From Myxococcota bacterium (GTDB lineage: Bacteria > Myxococcota_A > UBA796 > CAJQPC01): a DNA stretch of 64,000 bases. The notes below the pieces were generated by a model. That model was not told the origin of the DNA. It made no database searches and was given only the letters and a program-made list of their open reading frames with translations. Of the stretch, positions 46,382-56,525 are shown in pieces. Both the position numbers and the translations under genes were made by a program. Location: contig DASCPX010000070.1 in NCBI GenBank assembly GCA_036012755.1, positions 64,001 to 128,000 of the forward strand, in the 5' to 3' direction. Each line of letters begins with the position of its first letter. Positions within the stretch are counted from its first letter, which is position 1.

Positions 46382-48112
46382 GTGGTCCTCTTGTTGCTGG
46401 CTTGCGAGCCCTCGCCCTGCGGGGTCGATCTGGACGGAGACGGCTACGCATCCGCTGCGAGCTGTCCGGCTGGGGACGACTGCGACGACCTCGATCCGAA
46501 GGTGCACCCATCGGCCTCCGAGATCTGCAACGGCCTCGACGACGACTGCGACGGCTGGACCGACGATGTGGTCGTGGACTTCGACGGCGACGGCTACTAC
46601 GCCTCCGGCTGTCCAGGCGGGAACGACTGCGACGACCTCGATCCGGAGGTCCATCCGGGCGCCACAGAGGTCTGCAACGGCGTCGACGACGACTGCGACT
46701 GGCGGACCGACGACGTCGACCGGGACAAGGACGGCCACTACCCCATCGAGTGTGGCGGTGGTGACTGTGACGACATGGACCCGACGCGCTCGCCGGATGC
46801 CACGGAGGAGTGCTTCGACGGCATCGACAACGACTGCGACAACTCCACCGACGACGAGGATCACGACGGGGACGGCTACTACTCCGACGACTGCGGCGGC
46901 GACGACTGCGACGACGACGACGACGAGATCCATCCCGGCGCCATCGAGCTCTGTGATGGGATCGACGCCGACTGCGACGGCGAGGTGGGCGACGTCGACG
47001 ACGACGGGGACGGCTACGGCGCGGAGTGGTGTGGCGGGACCGACTGCGACGACGACGACGCCAGCGTGAACCCCGGCGCCATCGACGACTGCGAAAACGG
47101 CGTCGACGACAACTGCGATGGCTACGTCGACGTTCGGGACACCGACGACGACAGCGACCAGCACCTCGACTGCGGGGGGCTGGACTGCGACGACCTCGAC
47201 CCGACCGTCTCGGGCAAGTTCGACGAGGTCTGCGGGGACGGGGTCGACAACGACTGCAACGGCACCGCCGACGACGCCGACCTCGACCGCGACGGCGTGC
47301 TCGACGAGGCCTGCGGTGGCGGGGACTGCGACGATCTGGACGAGCAGGTCCACGAGGGGCTTCGCGAGGTCTGCGACGGTGTCGACCGGAACTGCGACGG
47401 CTCGACCTCTGATGATCGGGACGGGGACGGGCAGAGCTGTTCCAGCGACTGCAACGACGGCATGCCGTTGATCTACAGCGGCCGCTCCGAGACCTGTGAC
47501 GGCATGGACAACGACTGTGACGGCTCGATCGACGAGGGTGTCGGCACCTGCGCGCCCTCTCTTCCCGGGGGCATGGACTTCGCCAACGGCGCCTCGGGCT
47601 GGGACCTGGACGGCTCCACCTGGGTCGTCGCCGACGAAGCGGTCGTGGGGACCGGCACCGGCAGCGATCAGTGGCGGGTGGCGGCGTACACGACGGAGTT
47701 CCTCAGCCCGCCCTTCGTCTACGAGGTCGACGTGACCCGCATCGGCGGTACGGGCACGGGGGACATCGGCATCTACCTCTCCAGGAACGGCGGCAACGCC
47801 GACGGCTACTACCTCACCATCAACCACGACAGTACGAAGGTCGAGTACGACATCGGGCGGCTGCTCAGCGGCAGCCCCTCCTCGACAACCGGCGAGGTCC
47901 ACACCCCGGTCATCATGCCGGGCAACGACCTACCCAACCGGCTCCGCATCGAGCACGACGGCAGCGAGCTGAAGTTCTACATCTCGGACCAGAAGATCCG
48001 GGGCTTCTCGGTCTCCAGCGACCTGGAGAAGGGCTACCCGGCCCTGATCTTCGAGGACCGCTCGGACGACTCGGTGAAGGTGGCCTTCGACAACGTCTAC
48101 GTGGAGAACTGA
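46382..48112 (+). CDS. lipoprotein with 8 MopE-like putative metal-binding repeats and a C-terminal lectin-like beta-sandwich
   Basis: D.DGDG...DCDD.....HP.A.E.C.G.D.DCD repeats; leader MVLLLLAC; V.FDNV C-terminus. Confidence 0.88.
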   Translation: MVLLLLACEPSPCGVDLDGDGYASAASCPAGDDCDDLDPKVHPSASEICNGLDDDCDGWTDDVVVDFDGDGYYASGCPGGNDCDDLDPEVHPGATEVCNGVDDDCDWRTDDVDRDKDGHYPIECGGGDCDDMDPTRSPDATEECFDGIDNDCDNSTDDEDHDGDGYYSDDCGGDDCDDDDDEIHPGAIELCDGIDADCDGEVGDVDDDGDGYGAEWCGGTDCDDDDASVNPGAIDDCENGVDDNCDGYVDVRDTDDDSDQHLDCGGLDCDDLDPTVSGKFDEVCGDGVDNDCNGTADDADLDRDGVLDEACGGGDCDDLDEQVHEGLREVCDGVDRNCDGSTSDDRDGDGQSCSSDCNDGMPLIYSGRSETCDGMDNDCDGSIDEGVGTCAPSLPGGMDFANGASGWDLDGSTWVVADEAVVGTGTGSDQWRVAAYTTEFLSPPFVYEVDVTRIGGTGTGDIGIYLSRNGGNADGYYLTINHDSTKVEYDIGRLLSGSPSSTTGEVHTPVIMPGNDLPNRLRIEHDGSELKFYISDQKIRGFSVSSDLEKGYPALIFEDRSDDSVKVAFDNVYVEN

Positions 48113-48870
48113 GGCTTCCAGGTGTAGTCCTGGAACCCGCAGACCCGGCGGAACCCCAGGCCTGCGAGGATCGGGGCCGAGGTGTCCTCGAGCGCGACCA
48201 CAGAGGCCTCCTCCACGTCTCGTGCGCGCAACAGCGCGAGGCGGTAGTCGACCATCGCCCGGTAGACGCCGCGGCCGCGGGCGTCGGGACGGACCCCGCC
48301 ACCCATGAGGTAGCCGCTGCCCGGGGCCAGCAGCACGTGCGAGCTGCCGACATCGTCTCCGTCGATCGAGGCGATGACGTAGATCATCCAGCCGCTTCTG
48401 ATGTAGCGGACCATGTCCGAGGCGATGCTGGCCATGAAGTCGTCCGGCAGTGACCAGGCGGCGCCGCAGACCTTGGCGAAGCGCTCGGCGTCCTCTGCGC
48501 CGACCGTGGAGACCTTCACGTCCCCTGGCACCCCCTCGAGGGGCTCGGTGGCGCGGAGCATGCCCGCGGTGGCCCAGGAGCGCTGGAAGCCGGCGGCCAG
48601 GAGCAGCTCGCCCAGCTCGGCGGGCCGGCAGCTCGGCGTGACCGTCCAGCGGATGTCCGCCCCGGTCTCGCGATGGTGCTCTTGTGTGGCTCGGATGCGG
48701 AGCTCGCAGGCCCTGGGATCGAGCCGGCATCGCCGCACGGAGTTGTGGTTGCCGAAGAGGCTCGAGGGCGTCCGGTTCTCGAACCAGTCGGGCGTATCGA
48801 AGACCACGGTGTCCGGCCGCCGCCACGCGCTCGCGATGTAGGCGGCGACGACGACCTCGACGTCCGTCAA
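48097..48870 (-). CDS. GNAT family N-acetyltransferase
   Basis: VRPDARGRGVYRA acetyl-CoA motif, SAPIL..LGF; TTGA-coupled start. Confidence 0.85.
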   Translation of the reverse strand: MTDVEVVVAAYIASAWRRPDTVVFDTPDWFENRTPSSLFGNHNSVRRCRLDPRACELRIRATQEHHRETGADIRWTVTPSCRPAELGELLLAAGFQRSWATAGMLRATEPLEGVPGDVKVSTVGAEDAERFAKVCGAAWSLPDDFMASIASDMVRYIRSGWMIYVIASIDGDDVGSSHVLLAPGSGYLMGGGVRPDARGRGVYRAMVDYRLALLRARDVEEASVVALEDTSAPILAGLGFRRVCGFQDYTWKPQFST

Positions 48871-50132
48871 GGCACGACGCAGGGTCCGAACTCGCCCTCC
48901 AGTGCGGGACCGAGCTCGTCTTCGAGGATCACGTCGACCTCGAAGGGAAAGGACAGCGAGATCCCCCAGTCGTCCTGGACCAGGGACAGGGTGCGAAAGG
49001 TCTGGGCTGTGTGGCCGGCGTCGAAGGCGCCGCTCTGGCCGGTGGGCTCCCAGTCTGGCCAGTCGACCTCGAAGAGCTGGCCGGCGCGGGTGCACTCGGT
49101 GATGTCCGGGTTCTCGCAGCCGCTGTCGACGACGAAGAGCCGGTCCCCCTCTGGAGCCAGCTCGATCTCCCGGACGAAGCCGAAGCCCTCGAGCCCCTCT
49201 GGCAGGATGCCGTCGCCAAGGTAGATCGGGCCGTCCAGGTCGAACTCGGCGACGCCCACGGAGCCGTGGAAGCCCTCGTAGGACTCGCTGGCGCCCAGGC
49301 TGTGGGCGTAGACGAGGAAGCGCTCGCCCCCGACCTCCATGATCTTGCCGTGGTGGACCGCTGCGATGAAGCCCTCTGGCGGGTAGGACCAGGCGTGCTG
49401 TGGGTCGCTGGGATCTGTGACGTCCCACAGCACGATGCGGCCGGTGTTGCGCGAGGCGACGTCGGGGAAGTCTCCGCTCTTGAAGGTGGTGAGCAGCCAG
49501 GTGCGGCCGTCCTCTTCGAAGAGCTCGACGTTGTTCGCGTAGAGGAAGCCGTCCCACGCGGGGTGCTCGTCGTCGAGCACGGCGTAGACCTGCGGCGGGT
49601 CGCCCGGGAGCAGCCAGACCACCCGGGAGCTCAGGGTGTCGGCGAGGACGAGGTAGCGCCCGTCGGGGCTCGGCGTCGTCACGTGGGTCATGTTCAGGTG
49701 GCAGTCCCCGCTCCACCCGTCGCTGTCGATGCAGGCGCCGTCCCGGTAGCCCGGGAGGTGCTCGTCGTAGGCCAGGGTCTCGATCTCCCAGATCGTCGAC
49801 GGCGGGTGACCCGGTTCGAAGGCGGTGACGTAGCCGGGCAGGCCGCTCTCGATGTCCGTGTCGCGCCGGGCCCAGGTCAGCCTCAGCGACTCGAGACCGT
49901 CCTCGAAGGCGTAGTCGACGCCGAAGGGCAGGCACTCTGCGATCTTGCTGCTCTTGGCCGGGCGGCAGAGCTCCGGGGCGAGCTCGAACATGCACTGGGT
50001 GCCGCGCACGACGTACTCGTTGCGGTCGATCAAGGTGAGCTGCGAGCGCCCGGTCTCTACCAACAAGAGCGCGTCGCCGGAGGGGGGCTCCGGGTCGGGT
50101 CTGCAAGAGAGGCCGGTGAGGATGAGCAGCAT
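48867..50132 (-). CDS. putative lipoprotein, beta-propeller-like
   Basis: Leader MLLILTGLSC; SPDGRYLVLAD, APEGDRLFVVD blades. Confidence 0.7.
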   Translation of the reverse strand: MLLILTGLSCRPDPEPPSGDALLLVETGRSQLTLIDRNEYVVRGTQCMFELAPELCRPAKSSKIAECLPFGVDYAFEDGLESLRLTWARRDTDIESGLPGYVTAFEPGHPPSTIWEIETLAYDEHLPGYRDGACIDSDGWSGDCHLNMTHVTTPSPDGRYLVLADTLSSRVVWLLPGDPPQVYAVLDDEHPAWDGFLYANNVELFEEDGRTWLLTTFKSGDFPDVASRNTGRIVLWDVTDPSDPQHAWSYPPEGFIAAVHHGKIMEVGGERFLVYAHSLGASESYEGFHGSVGVAEFDLDGPIYLGDGILPEGLEGFGFVREIELAPEGDRLFVVDSGCENPDITECTRAGQLFEVDWPDWEPTGQSGAFDAGHTAQTFRTLSLVQDDWGISLSFPFEVDVILEDELGPALEGEFGPCVVP

Positions 50133-51961
50133 CAAGGGTCGTCGAACTCGGAGGGGAGGGCCCACTCGGTCGTGCCGTCGAGCACGAAGCGGGCGTGGAC
50201 ATCGAAGAGCCAGGCTTGGAGCCTCGCCCCTCCACAGTCACCCGACCAGAGCCGGCCGTCCACGGTGCACCCTTCTGTGTAGTCCCAGGCGCCGAGATCC
50301 GGAAGGTGGAAGGTCCAGGTTCCGTCCTCGGCGGCCAGCGCGCGGTGCAGCAGCAGGTCCAGCACGATGATGTCCTCGTCGTCGAGGATCTGACCGCCGC
50401 CGCGGCCCAGCTGCTGGCACTCCCGCAGGAAGAGGTTCGCGCAGCCGCCCTGGGAGAAGGCCGGGATGTTGTCGCCGGCGTGCAGCGAGGCCTGTCCCTC
50501 GGTCCACGGGGCAGTGAGCTCATCGAGGCGCTGTGGCCACTGGTCCTTGCTGCGCGGGTCGGTGTGGTGGGCGATCTCCGGCAGGACCGACATGCCGAAG
50601 AAGACGAAGCGCAGCGGGAGGTCGGTCTCCGCGAGGGCGTCGGACCAGGACAGGCCGAGGTCCTCGACCGGCGACAGACCGCTCACCCAGGTCGGCTCGC
50701 TGAGCTCGCGGATCGCCTCTGCCTCGGAGAGGAGGAAGTCCGCAGCGCAGGCCTCGTCGTCGCACTCCTCCGGCTCCTCGTGAAAGAGCACGCCGACCTC
50801 TGTCCTCTCGTCATTCCAGACGGGCTCGAAGGCCTCGCGCACCCCGCAGCTCTGGGCGCGCCGAGACAGGTGCGGCGTGATGCCCAGGGCCACGCTGGCG
50901 GGGAGGTCGTCCAGCAGGCAGCGGTTCTCGGCAGCGGTCTCGACCAGGCGGGTGACGGTCTCGCAGTCCTCGTTCTCGGCCGGGCTGCGGGGCTGCTCGG
51001 CGAAGGCGGCGATCGCGATCTGCAGGCCACCGAGGCGCGTCTCGTCGAAGTGGACGGCGACCGCTGTGTCCTGCAACAGGGCGATCTCAGGGCCGCGGAG
51101 GTCGAGGTCCACGGCGGCGCCCGGGTAGAGCTCGCCGTCGAGCCAGATGCCGTCGGGGGTGGTGAGCGCGACGTGGTCGCCGTCGGCGGCGACCGGGCCC
51201 AGGGCGCTCAGGGACGTGGTGCTCCCCGTGGCGATCTCGTAGAGGCCGACGGTCGTGGTCGCGAAGCCGGGGGCAAGCCCCAGGACATCGAGCTCGACGA
51301 GGCCCTCTGGGCTCCACAGGCCCTCGGCGACGTGGACGACACCGTCCTCGACGGCCAGGGCGGTCGAGGGCAGCGCGTGCACCTCCAGCTCGGCGCCGTC
51401 GAGGGCCCGGATCTCGAGTGAGTCCCCGGCGATCCAGAGCTGGTCTTCGTAGACATCGATCATCCCCGGGGCGACCTCGGCGATGTGCTCGGGGCGGAGG
51501 TGGTCCCAGGGGTTGTCGAGGCGGGGATTGGCGTCGGCGCGCCAGAGGCCACCGTCTGTCGTCACCACGAAGACCTCGCCATCACCGACGGCAAGGTCGA
51601 CGGGCTCGGAGTCGAAGACCCAGGCCCCCCGGCGCAGGTAGACCTCGCCCTCGGCGCAGCGGCCCTGGCGTCCCTCTGTCTCGAACTGGGGCCAGTCCTC
51701 CGTGTCGAGGCAGGCTGGGGCAGCGCTCTGGTGCCAGCGGCTGTCGAAGACGTGGACGCGATCCCCGTCCAGCACCAGGGCGAGAGGGTGTGTCTCGAGG
51801 AGCTCGATGCGGCTCGGCGCGATGGGATCCTCGATGGGGGCCTCGAGCAAGGCACGGAAGGGCTCTCGCTCGATGGGGGCGAGCTCGGCCCAGGGCTCCG
51901 GCACGACCGGATCGGAGTCCGGCGTGGCGGCGGGTCGACAGGCCAGCGACAAGAGCAGCAA
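50132..51961 (-). CDS. putative lipoprotein, unknown function
   Basis: Leader MLLLSLAC; beta-repeat N-half; C-half with H-containing motifs (LFHEE, TFHLP) reminiscent of deacetylase-like barrels. Confidence 0.7.
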   Translation of the reverse strand: MLLLSLACRPAATPDSDPVVPEPWAELAPIEREPFRALLEAPIEDPIAPSRIELLETHPLALVLDGDRVHVFDSRWHQSAAPACLDTEDWPQFETEGRQGRCAEGEVYLRRGAWVFDSEPVDLAVGDGEVFVVTTDGGLWRADANPRLDNPWDHLRPEHIAEVAPGMIDVYEDQLWIAGDSLEIRALDGAELEVHALPSTALAVEDGVVHVAEGLWSPEGLVELDVLGLAPGFATTTVGLYEIATGSTTSLSALGPVAADGDHVALTTPDGIWLDGELYPGAAVDLDLRGPEIALLQDTAVAVHFDETRLGGLQIAIAAFAEQPRSPAENEDCETVTRLVETAAENRCLLDDLPASVALGITPHLSRRAQSCGVREAFEPVWNDERTEVGVLFHEEPEECDDEACAADFLLSEAEAIRELSEPTWVSGLSPVEDLGLSWSDALAETDLPLRFVFFGMSVLPEIAHHTDPRSKDQWPQRLDELTAPWTEGQASLHAGDNIPAFSQGGCANLFLRECQQLGRGGGQILDDEDIIVLDLLLHRALAAEDGTWTFHLPDLGAWDYTEGCTVDGRLWSGDCGGARLQAWLFDVHARFVLDGTTEWALPSEFDDP

Positions 51962-51978
51962 GGCCTCAGTCTAGCCGC

Positions 51979-54003
51979 TCAGACCTGGAGCAGCCCGATG
52001 CGCCTCAGGTCCGGCCAGAAGGCCTCGGCAGATGCGGGGCAGGTAGCCACGGCCTCATTGACCGACAGCGGTTCGGTCCCTGGCCTGGCGGCCTCGAGGA
52101 CCTCGGTGAGCCAGTCGAGCACGTCCGCCTCAGCGCTGATCAGCGTCCTGCCCCAGCGTCCGTGAAGGGCCAGGGCGCCGTCCTCGTCGAGGGGCTCGCC
52201 GCCGATCCAGACGAGCTGACTCCCGCCCTCGGACCGGGGCACGTGGAGGGCGCGGTGGATGCGGTCGGGGGCCTCGGTCGTGCCTGGCAGGGGGTGCTCC
52301 AGATCCTCACCCTTCATCCAGCGGCCCAGCCAGCGCGGCAAGAGCGCATCGAAGCGGTCGTGGTCACCGCCGGCTGGGTCCAAGTGGTCTATATCGTTGG
52401 CAGCAAAGGCCGCCGGCTGGTCCTGGATCTCGACACCGTAGCGAGCCGGATCCTGGAAGATCGGCGCGTGTCGCGTCAGGACGAAGCGGTGCCAGAATGC
52501 CGAGTCCAGTGCGCCCTCGTTGAACAATTGCCGAACGATCTCCGCACTATCCAGCGTCTCCTGGTCGCTCTGGGACGGGAAGCCGTACATGAGGTAGGCG
52601 TGCACCATGACGCCGGCGTAGCGGAAGTTGCGAGCGGCGCGGGCCACCTGCTCTACGGTGACGCCCTTGTCCATGAGTTCGAGGATGCGCGTGTTGGCCG
52701 CCTCGAGACCTCCCGTCACGGCCACGAGCCCGCTGGCGGCTAGCAACCTGCAGAGATCGTAGGAGAATGCCGTCTCGAACCTGATGTTGCCCCACCAGGT
52801 CGCTTGCACGCCACGGCCCAGCAACTCCAGGGCGAGGGCCTTCATGCCGCGGGGCGGCGCGGCCTCGTCGACGAAGTGGAAGCCCCGCCGGCCGCTCTGG
52901 ACGATGCGCTCCTCCATCGCGTCCACGAGGCGCTCGGTGGAGGCTGCCTGGTAGCGGTTGATGTAGTCGAGCTCGACGTCGCAGAAGGTGCAGCGGCGCC
53001 AGTAGCAGCCGTGGGCGAGCGTGATCTTGCTCCAGCGCCCGTCCGCCCAGAGGCGGTGGGCCGGATTGAGCCTGTCGATAAGGTCCAGGTACCTGAGATC
53101 GTCGAGCTCTCCATACCAGCCGGCGCAGGTCATCGAGGACGAGGGCTGCTCCATCCGGAGCACTCCAGCGGCTGTCCGGGTGCGATGCCGGTCGTCCTCG
53201 CCGGTCTCGCGGTGTTTGATCAGGGCGAGCAGGGGCTCCTCGCCGTCGTCGTAGGTGAGGGCGTCGACGCAGTGCCAGAGCCGAGGCTCGTCGACCTCGC
53301 GCAGCTCGGTGTTGATGTAGCCGCCGCCCATCCAGACCTCGGCGCCGCGCGCCCGCAGTCGCCGACCGAGGCGCAGTGCCCCGTACAGGCTCCCGGGGAA
53401 GGGCACGCTCAGGCCGACGACCTCGGTGTCGATCGTGTCGGCGAGCTCATCCAGCAGCTCGTCCACCACGCTGGTCATCTCCAGGCGGCTCCACAGGTCG
53501 TCGAAGCTGGCCGGACCGACGGCGAGATGGTGCTGGTAGCGCGCGAGGCCGAAGCCATCGTCGACACAGGTCGTGACGAGGTCGGCGAGGTCTTCGAGAT
53601 AGAGCGTCGCCATGTGGCGGGCGGCGTCTTGGCCCGACATGCGCCCGAAGTGACTGAGATCGTTGTTGTCCAGCCTGGGTCCACCGGGAAGAGCGCCGGA
53701 GAGGATGCGGGGACCAAAGCTGCGGTCGAGGCCTTGGAGGAAGCGAACGAGCGGCTCGACGACCTCCAGGTGCTGCTCGCGCATGGACAGGGCGCGCCAG
53801 GCAGGCTCGGGGAGGTCCTCTGGCAGTGCCTCGAAGATCCTCGTGAGCCCCTCGCGAGAGAAGAGCCGCAGCGCGAGCTCCAGCCCGAGATCCCGCTGGA
53901 CGCAGGCGACGCCGTGGTCCCGCAGAAAGGCCGCGAGGTAGGCGGTCGAGGGATAGGGCGTGTTGAGCTGGGACAGCGGCGGCAGGACGAGGGTGAGGGT
54001 CAC
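51979..54003 (-). CDS. B12-binding-type radical SAM protein
   Basis: PP.SQLNTPYPSTAYL N-terminus; GCYWRRCTFC cysteine motif; FHFVDEAAPP, HAYLMYGFP. Confidence 0.9.
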   Translation of the reverse strand: MTLTLVLPPLSQLNTPYPSTAYLAAFLRDHGVACVQRDLGLELALRLFSREGLTRIFEALPEDLPEPAWRALSMREQHLEVVEPLVRFLQGLDRSFGPRILSGALPGGPRLDNNDLSHFGRMSGQDAARHMATLYLEDLADLVTTCVDDGFGLARYQHHLAVGPASFDDLWSRLEMTSVVDELLDELADTIDTEVVGLSVPFPGSLYGALRLGRRLRARGAEVWMGGGYINTELREVDEPRLWHCVDALTYDDGEEPLLALIKHRETGEDDRHRTRTAAGVLRMEQPSSSMTCAGWYGELDDLRYLDLIDRLNPAHRLWADGRWSKITLAHGCYWRRCTFCDVELDYINRYQAASTERLVDAMEERIVQSGRRGFHFVDEAAPPRGMKALALELLGRGVQATWWGNIRFETAFSYDLCRLLAASGLVAVTGGLEAANTRILELMDKGVTVEQVARAARNFRYAGVMVHAYLMYGFPSQSDQETLDSAEIVRQLFNEGALDSAFWHRFVLTRHAPIFQDPARYGVEIQDQPAAFAANDIDHLDPAGGDHDRFDALLPRWLGRWMKGEDLEHPLPGTTEAPDRIHRALHVPRSEGGSQLVWIGGEPLDEDGALALHGRWGRTLISAEADVLDWLTEVLEAARPGTEPLSVNEAVATCPASAEAFWPDLRRIGLLQV

Positions 54004-54650
54004 CGCAGGCCCTCTCGCAGGGTGCGCGCCGTCATGCCGCCCAGGTAGCGCAGGGCGCCGCGGTCGTGCATGGAGGCCCCGCCCGAGCGCGGTCGCATGT
54101 TCACGGGGACCTCTCGGATGAGCAGGTCGTTGCGCCTCGCGAGCACGAAGATGTTGGCGTCGGCGTAGTCCTCTGGGAAGCACTCGGCGAAGACCCCGAC
54201 CGCTCTGGGGCTCAGGGCCTGGAAGCCGCTGGTGACGTCCCGGATGCGCTGGCCGATCAAGGCCATCGTGAGCCAGGACAGCCCCTCGATGGCGACCCGA
54301 CGGCGCAGCGACATCCGGTAGCCCGAGGGCTCGAGGAAGCGGGAGCCGATGACCAGGTCGGCCTCTCGGAGACCCTCGCGCAACAGCGGGATGGCCTCTG
54401 CCGGGTGCTGTCCGTCTGCGTCGAGCTGCACTACCGCTGATCCCTGGAGGTGGCGATAGCCGGCCTTGAGCGCCTGGGCGTACCCGGCATCGGACTCCAT
54501 GACCTCTGCGCCGGCGGCTCGGGCCTGCTCGGCCGTGTCGTCGATGCAGCCGTTGACGACGACGAGGACGCCCTCGACGTGTGCGCTCGCAGCCCGGACG
54601 ACCTCGCCGACGCGGGGACCCTCGTTTCGCGCCGGGATGAGCGCGAACAC
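54000..54650 (-). CDS. GT2 glycosyltransferase (DPM1/polyprenol-phosphate type)
   Basis: LIPARNE, LDADGQH, VIGSRF, DVTSGF. Confidence 0.92.
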   Translation of the reverse strand: MFALIPARNEGPRVGEVVRAASAHVEGVLVVVNGCIDDTAEQARAAGAEVMESDAGYAQALKAGYRHLQGSAVVQLDADGQHPAEAIPLLREGLREADLVIGSRFLEPSGYRMSLRRRVAIEGLSWLTMALIGQRIRDVTSGFQALSPRAVGVFAECFPEDYADANIFVLARRNDLLIREVPVNMRPRSGGASMHDRGALRYLGGMTARTLREGLR

Positions 54651-55559
54651 CTACAGGAGCCAGTGACGGCCGCGACCCTCTGGGGCTTCGAGCACGTCGC
54701 CGGAGGCGTCGAGCCATCGGGCTCGGTTCTCTCCGACGATGCGGAAGCGCCGTCGCCAGATGAGGGTGCCGCCGTCTCGGATCTCGAGCTCCAGCCTCAC
54801 CTGCTCTGCAGGGGGTTGCACGGCGGTGTCGCGGGCGCGGCTGAACACGCCGACCGCCATGGTCCCGGGCTCCTGCGCCAGGCGGATGGCGAGGTCGCCA
54901 GCGGCGTGCTCGTCGCAGTCGCGAGGCAAGAGCCGGACCTCGAGCTTGTTCTCCTGGAGCCGCACGACGCTGGGGGGCACGAAGCCATGGCTGACGAAGA
55001 AGGACTCCATGAGGTGCCCGGCCATGCGGGCGACGTCCTGTTCGGTGGCTCCCTCGGGGACGTCCTGAACAGCGGCGGGCGCGATGGTCTCGTCAGAGTC
55101 GCGGAGGAAGCGGATCCGGGCGTTGCGGGGCTTGGGGAAGAGCGGATGGAGCAGGTCGTGGCCTGGCTCGAGGCCGGCGTGGCGGGTCCAGCCGCCGAGC
55201 CAGACGAGATCGTCGGCCCCGATGAAGGGACGGACAGCGGCTTCCCAGGAGCCATCGGGGAAGGTGCGCAGCACGAAGACGTGGCGGAGCACTCCCATGC
55301 CAGAGGCCAGCACGGCCTCGCCGCAGGTGAAGACCCAGGCGATGTCGTCGCGCTCGAGCAGCGTGGTGCCAGCCAGCGCGCACTCCTCTGGATCGAGGTC
55401 CGGACGCGAGACGGCGAGCCGCTCCCGCCCTGTCCCGGCGATGACGGTCCAGGACAGACCCTGGTTGCTCTCGGCGTTGGCCTCCGCCTCTCGCGTCATC
55501 CAATCCATGGGGTCGCCCTCGGGCAACGGGAAGCGCGTCAGAGGTAGCACGAGGTCCAC
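54651..55559 (-). CDS. hypothetical protein
   Basis: Stop abuts the GT2 start; coding-like composition; start uncertain. Confidence 0.6.
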   Translation of the reverse strand: MDLVLPLTRFPLPEGDPMDWMTREAEANAESNQGLSWTVIAGTGRERLAVSRPDLDPEECALAGTTLLERDDIAWVFTCGEAVLASGMGVLRHVFVLRTFPDGSWEAAVRPFIGADDLVWLGGWTRHAGLEPGHDLLHPLFPKPRNARIRFLRDSDETIAPAAVQDVPEGATEQDVARMAGHLMESFFVSHGFVPPSVVRLQENKLEVRLLPRDCDEHAAGDLAIRLAQEPGTMAVGVFSRARDTAVQPPAEQVRLELEIRDGGTLIWRRRFRIVGENRARWLDASGDVLEAPEGRGRHWLL

Positions 55560-55721
55560 GGCTCGATCGTAGCAGGCCGGGCCCGAGGGCAGGATCGCGG
55601 GGGGCGCGTGTTGGCGGTCGGGAGTGGCTACCGTCAACCCGGGGGCGCTACGTGGAGGTCCCCCTTGGGCCCCTGACACGGAGCCCTGGGACGTCGACGC
55701 CGCCTTCGAGGAGCTCTTGTC

Positions 55722-56516
55722 ATGGCCTACCACCGCGACCGCGACATCACTAGCGAGATCCCCGGCTTTCGGCGAATGCTGGCGCACGTGACCCCCTCCC
55801 GGGTCCACGCGCAGGTCACCTATGTCCAGACCCTCGATGTCACCCGCACCCTGGCTTGGATGCGTGAGCGTGACGAGCCGGTGACGCTGCTCCATGTCTT
55901 CACCGCAGCGGCGGCCCGGCTGTTCCACGGACGACCCCGGCTGAACCGCTACGTCACGGGCACGCGGTTCTTCCAACGGGACGGCGTGAGGGTCAGCCTG
56001 TCCGCGAAGAAGTCGATGAAGGACGGCGCGCCACTGGTGGTGATCCCACTGGAGCTGCCGGCGGACGCCGACCCGGTGATGGTGGGCGCCCTGCTCCGGG
56101 AGCGCCTCGACCCGCCTCGTCGCGGCGAGGTCATGCGGCAGGAGAAGGAGAACGCCCTGCTGCTGAAGATCCCGGGCTTCCTGATGGGCCCGCTCCTGGC
56201 GCTGGCGATGTGGCTCGACCGTCGCCACTGGCTGCCCAAGGCGCTGGTCGATCCAGATCCGTTGTTCTGCTCCCTGTTCATCGCGAACCTCGGCTCTGTC
56301 GGCCTGGAGGTCGCGCACCACCACCTCTTCGAGTGGGGAAACTGCCCCTTCTTCGCCGTCATCGGCCGCATCCACGAAGAGGACGGTCGGGCCGAGGTCC
56401 AGGTCGGTTGGACCTTCGACGAGCGGGTCGAGGACGGCATGGCCTGCGCCTTGGCGATGAAGGACCTCCAGGCGCTCGTCGAGGATCCAGCGGGCTTCGC
56501 GGTGGTCTCCGCGTAG
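55722..56516 (+). CDS. second stand-alone 2-oxoacid dehydrogenase E2 catalytic-domain-like protein
   Basis: P.LNRY, IANLGSVG, TFDERVEDG (catalytic His position is Glu). Confidence 0.8.
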   Translation: MAYHRDRDITSEIPGFRRMLAHVTPSRVHAQVTYVQTLDVTRTLAWMRERDEPVTLLHVFTAAAARLFHGRPRLNRYVTGTRFFQRDGVRVSLSAKKSMKDGAPLVVIPLELPADADPVMVGALLRERLDPPRRGEVMRQEKENALLLKIPGFLMGPLLALAMWLDRRHWLPKALVDPDPLFCSLFIANLGSVGLEVAHHHLFEWGNCPFFAVIGRIHEEDGRAEVQVGWTFDERVEDGMACALAMKDLQALVEDPAGFAVVSA

Positions 56517-56525
56517 AGTGCCTCG

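Noticed and set aside
46420..47545. Asp/Cys repeats as a novel repeat system
   Set aside because: Known MopE-like putative metal-binding repeats, common in myxobacteria
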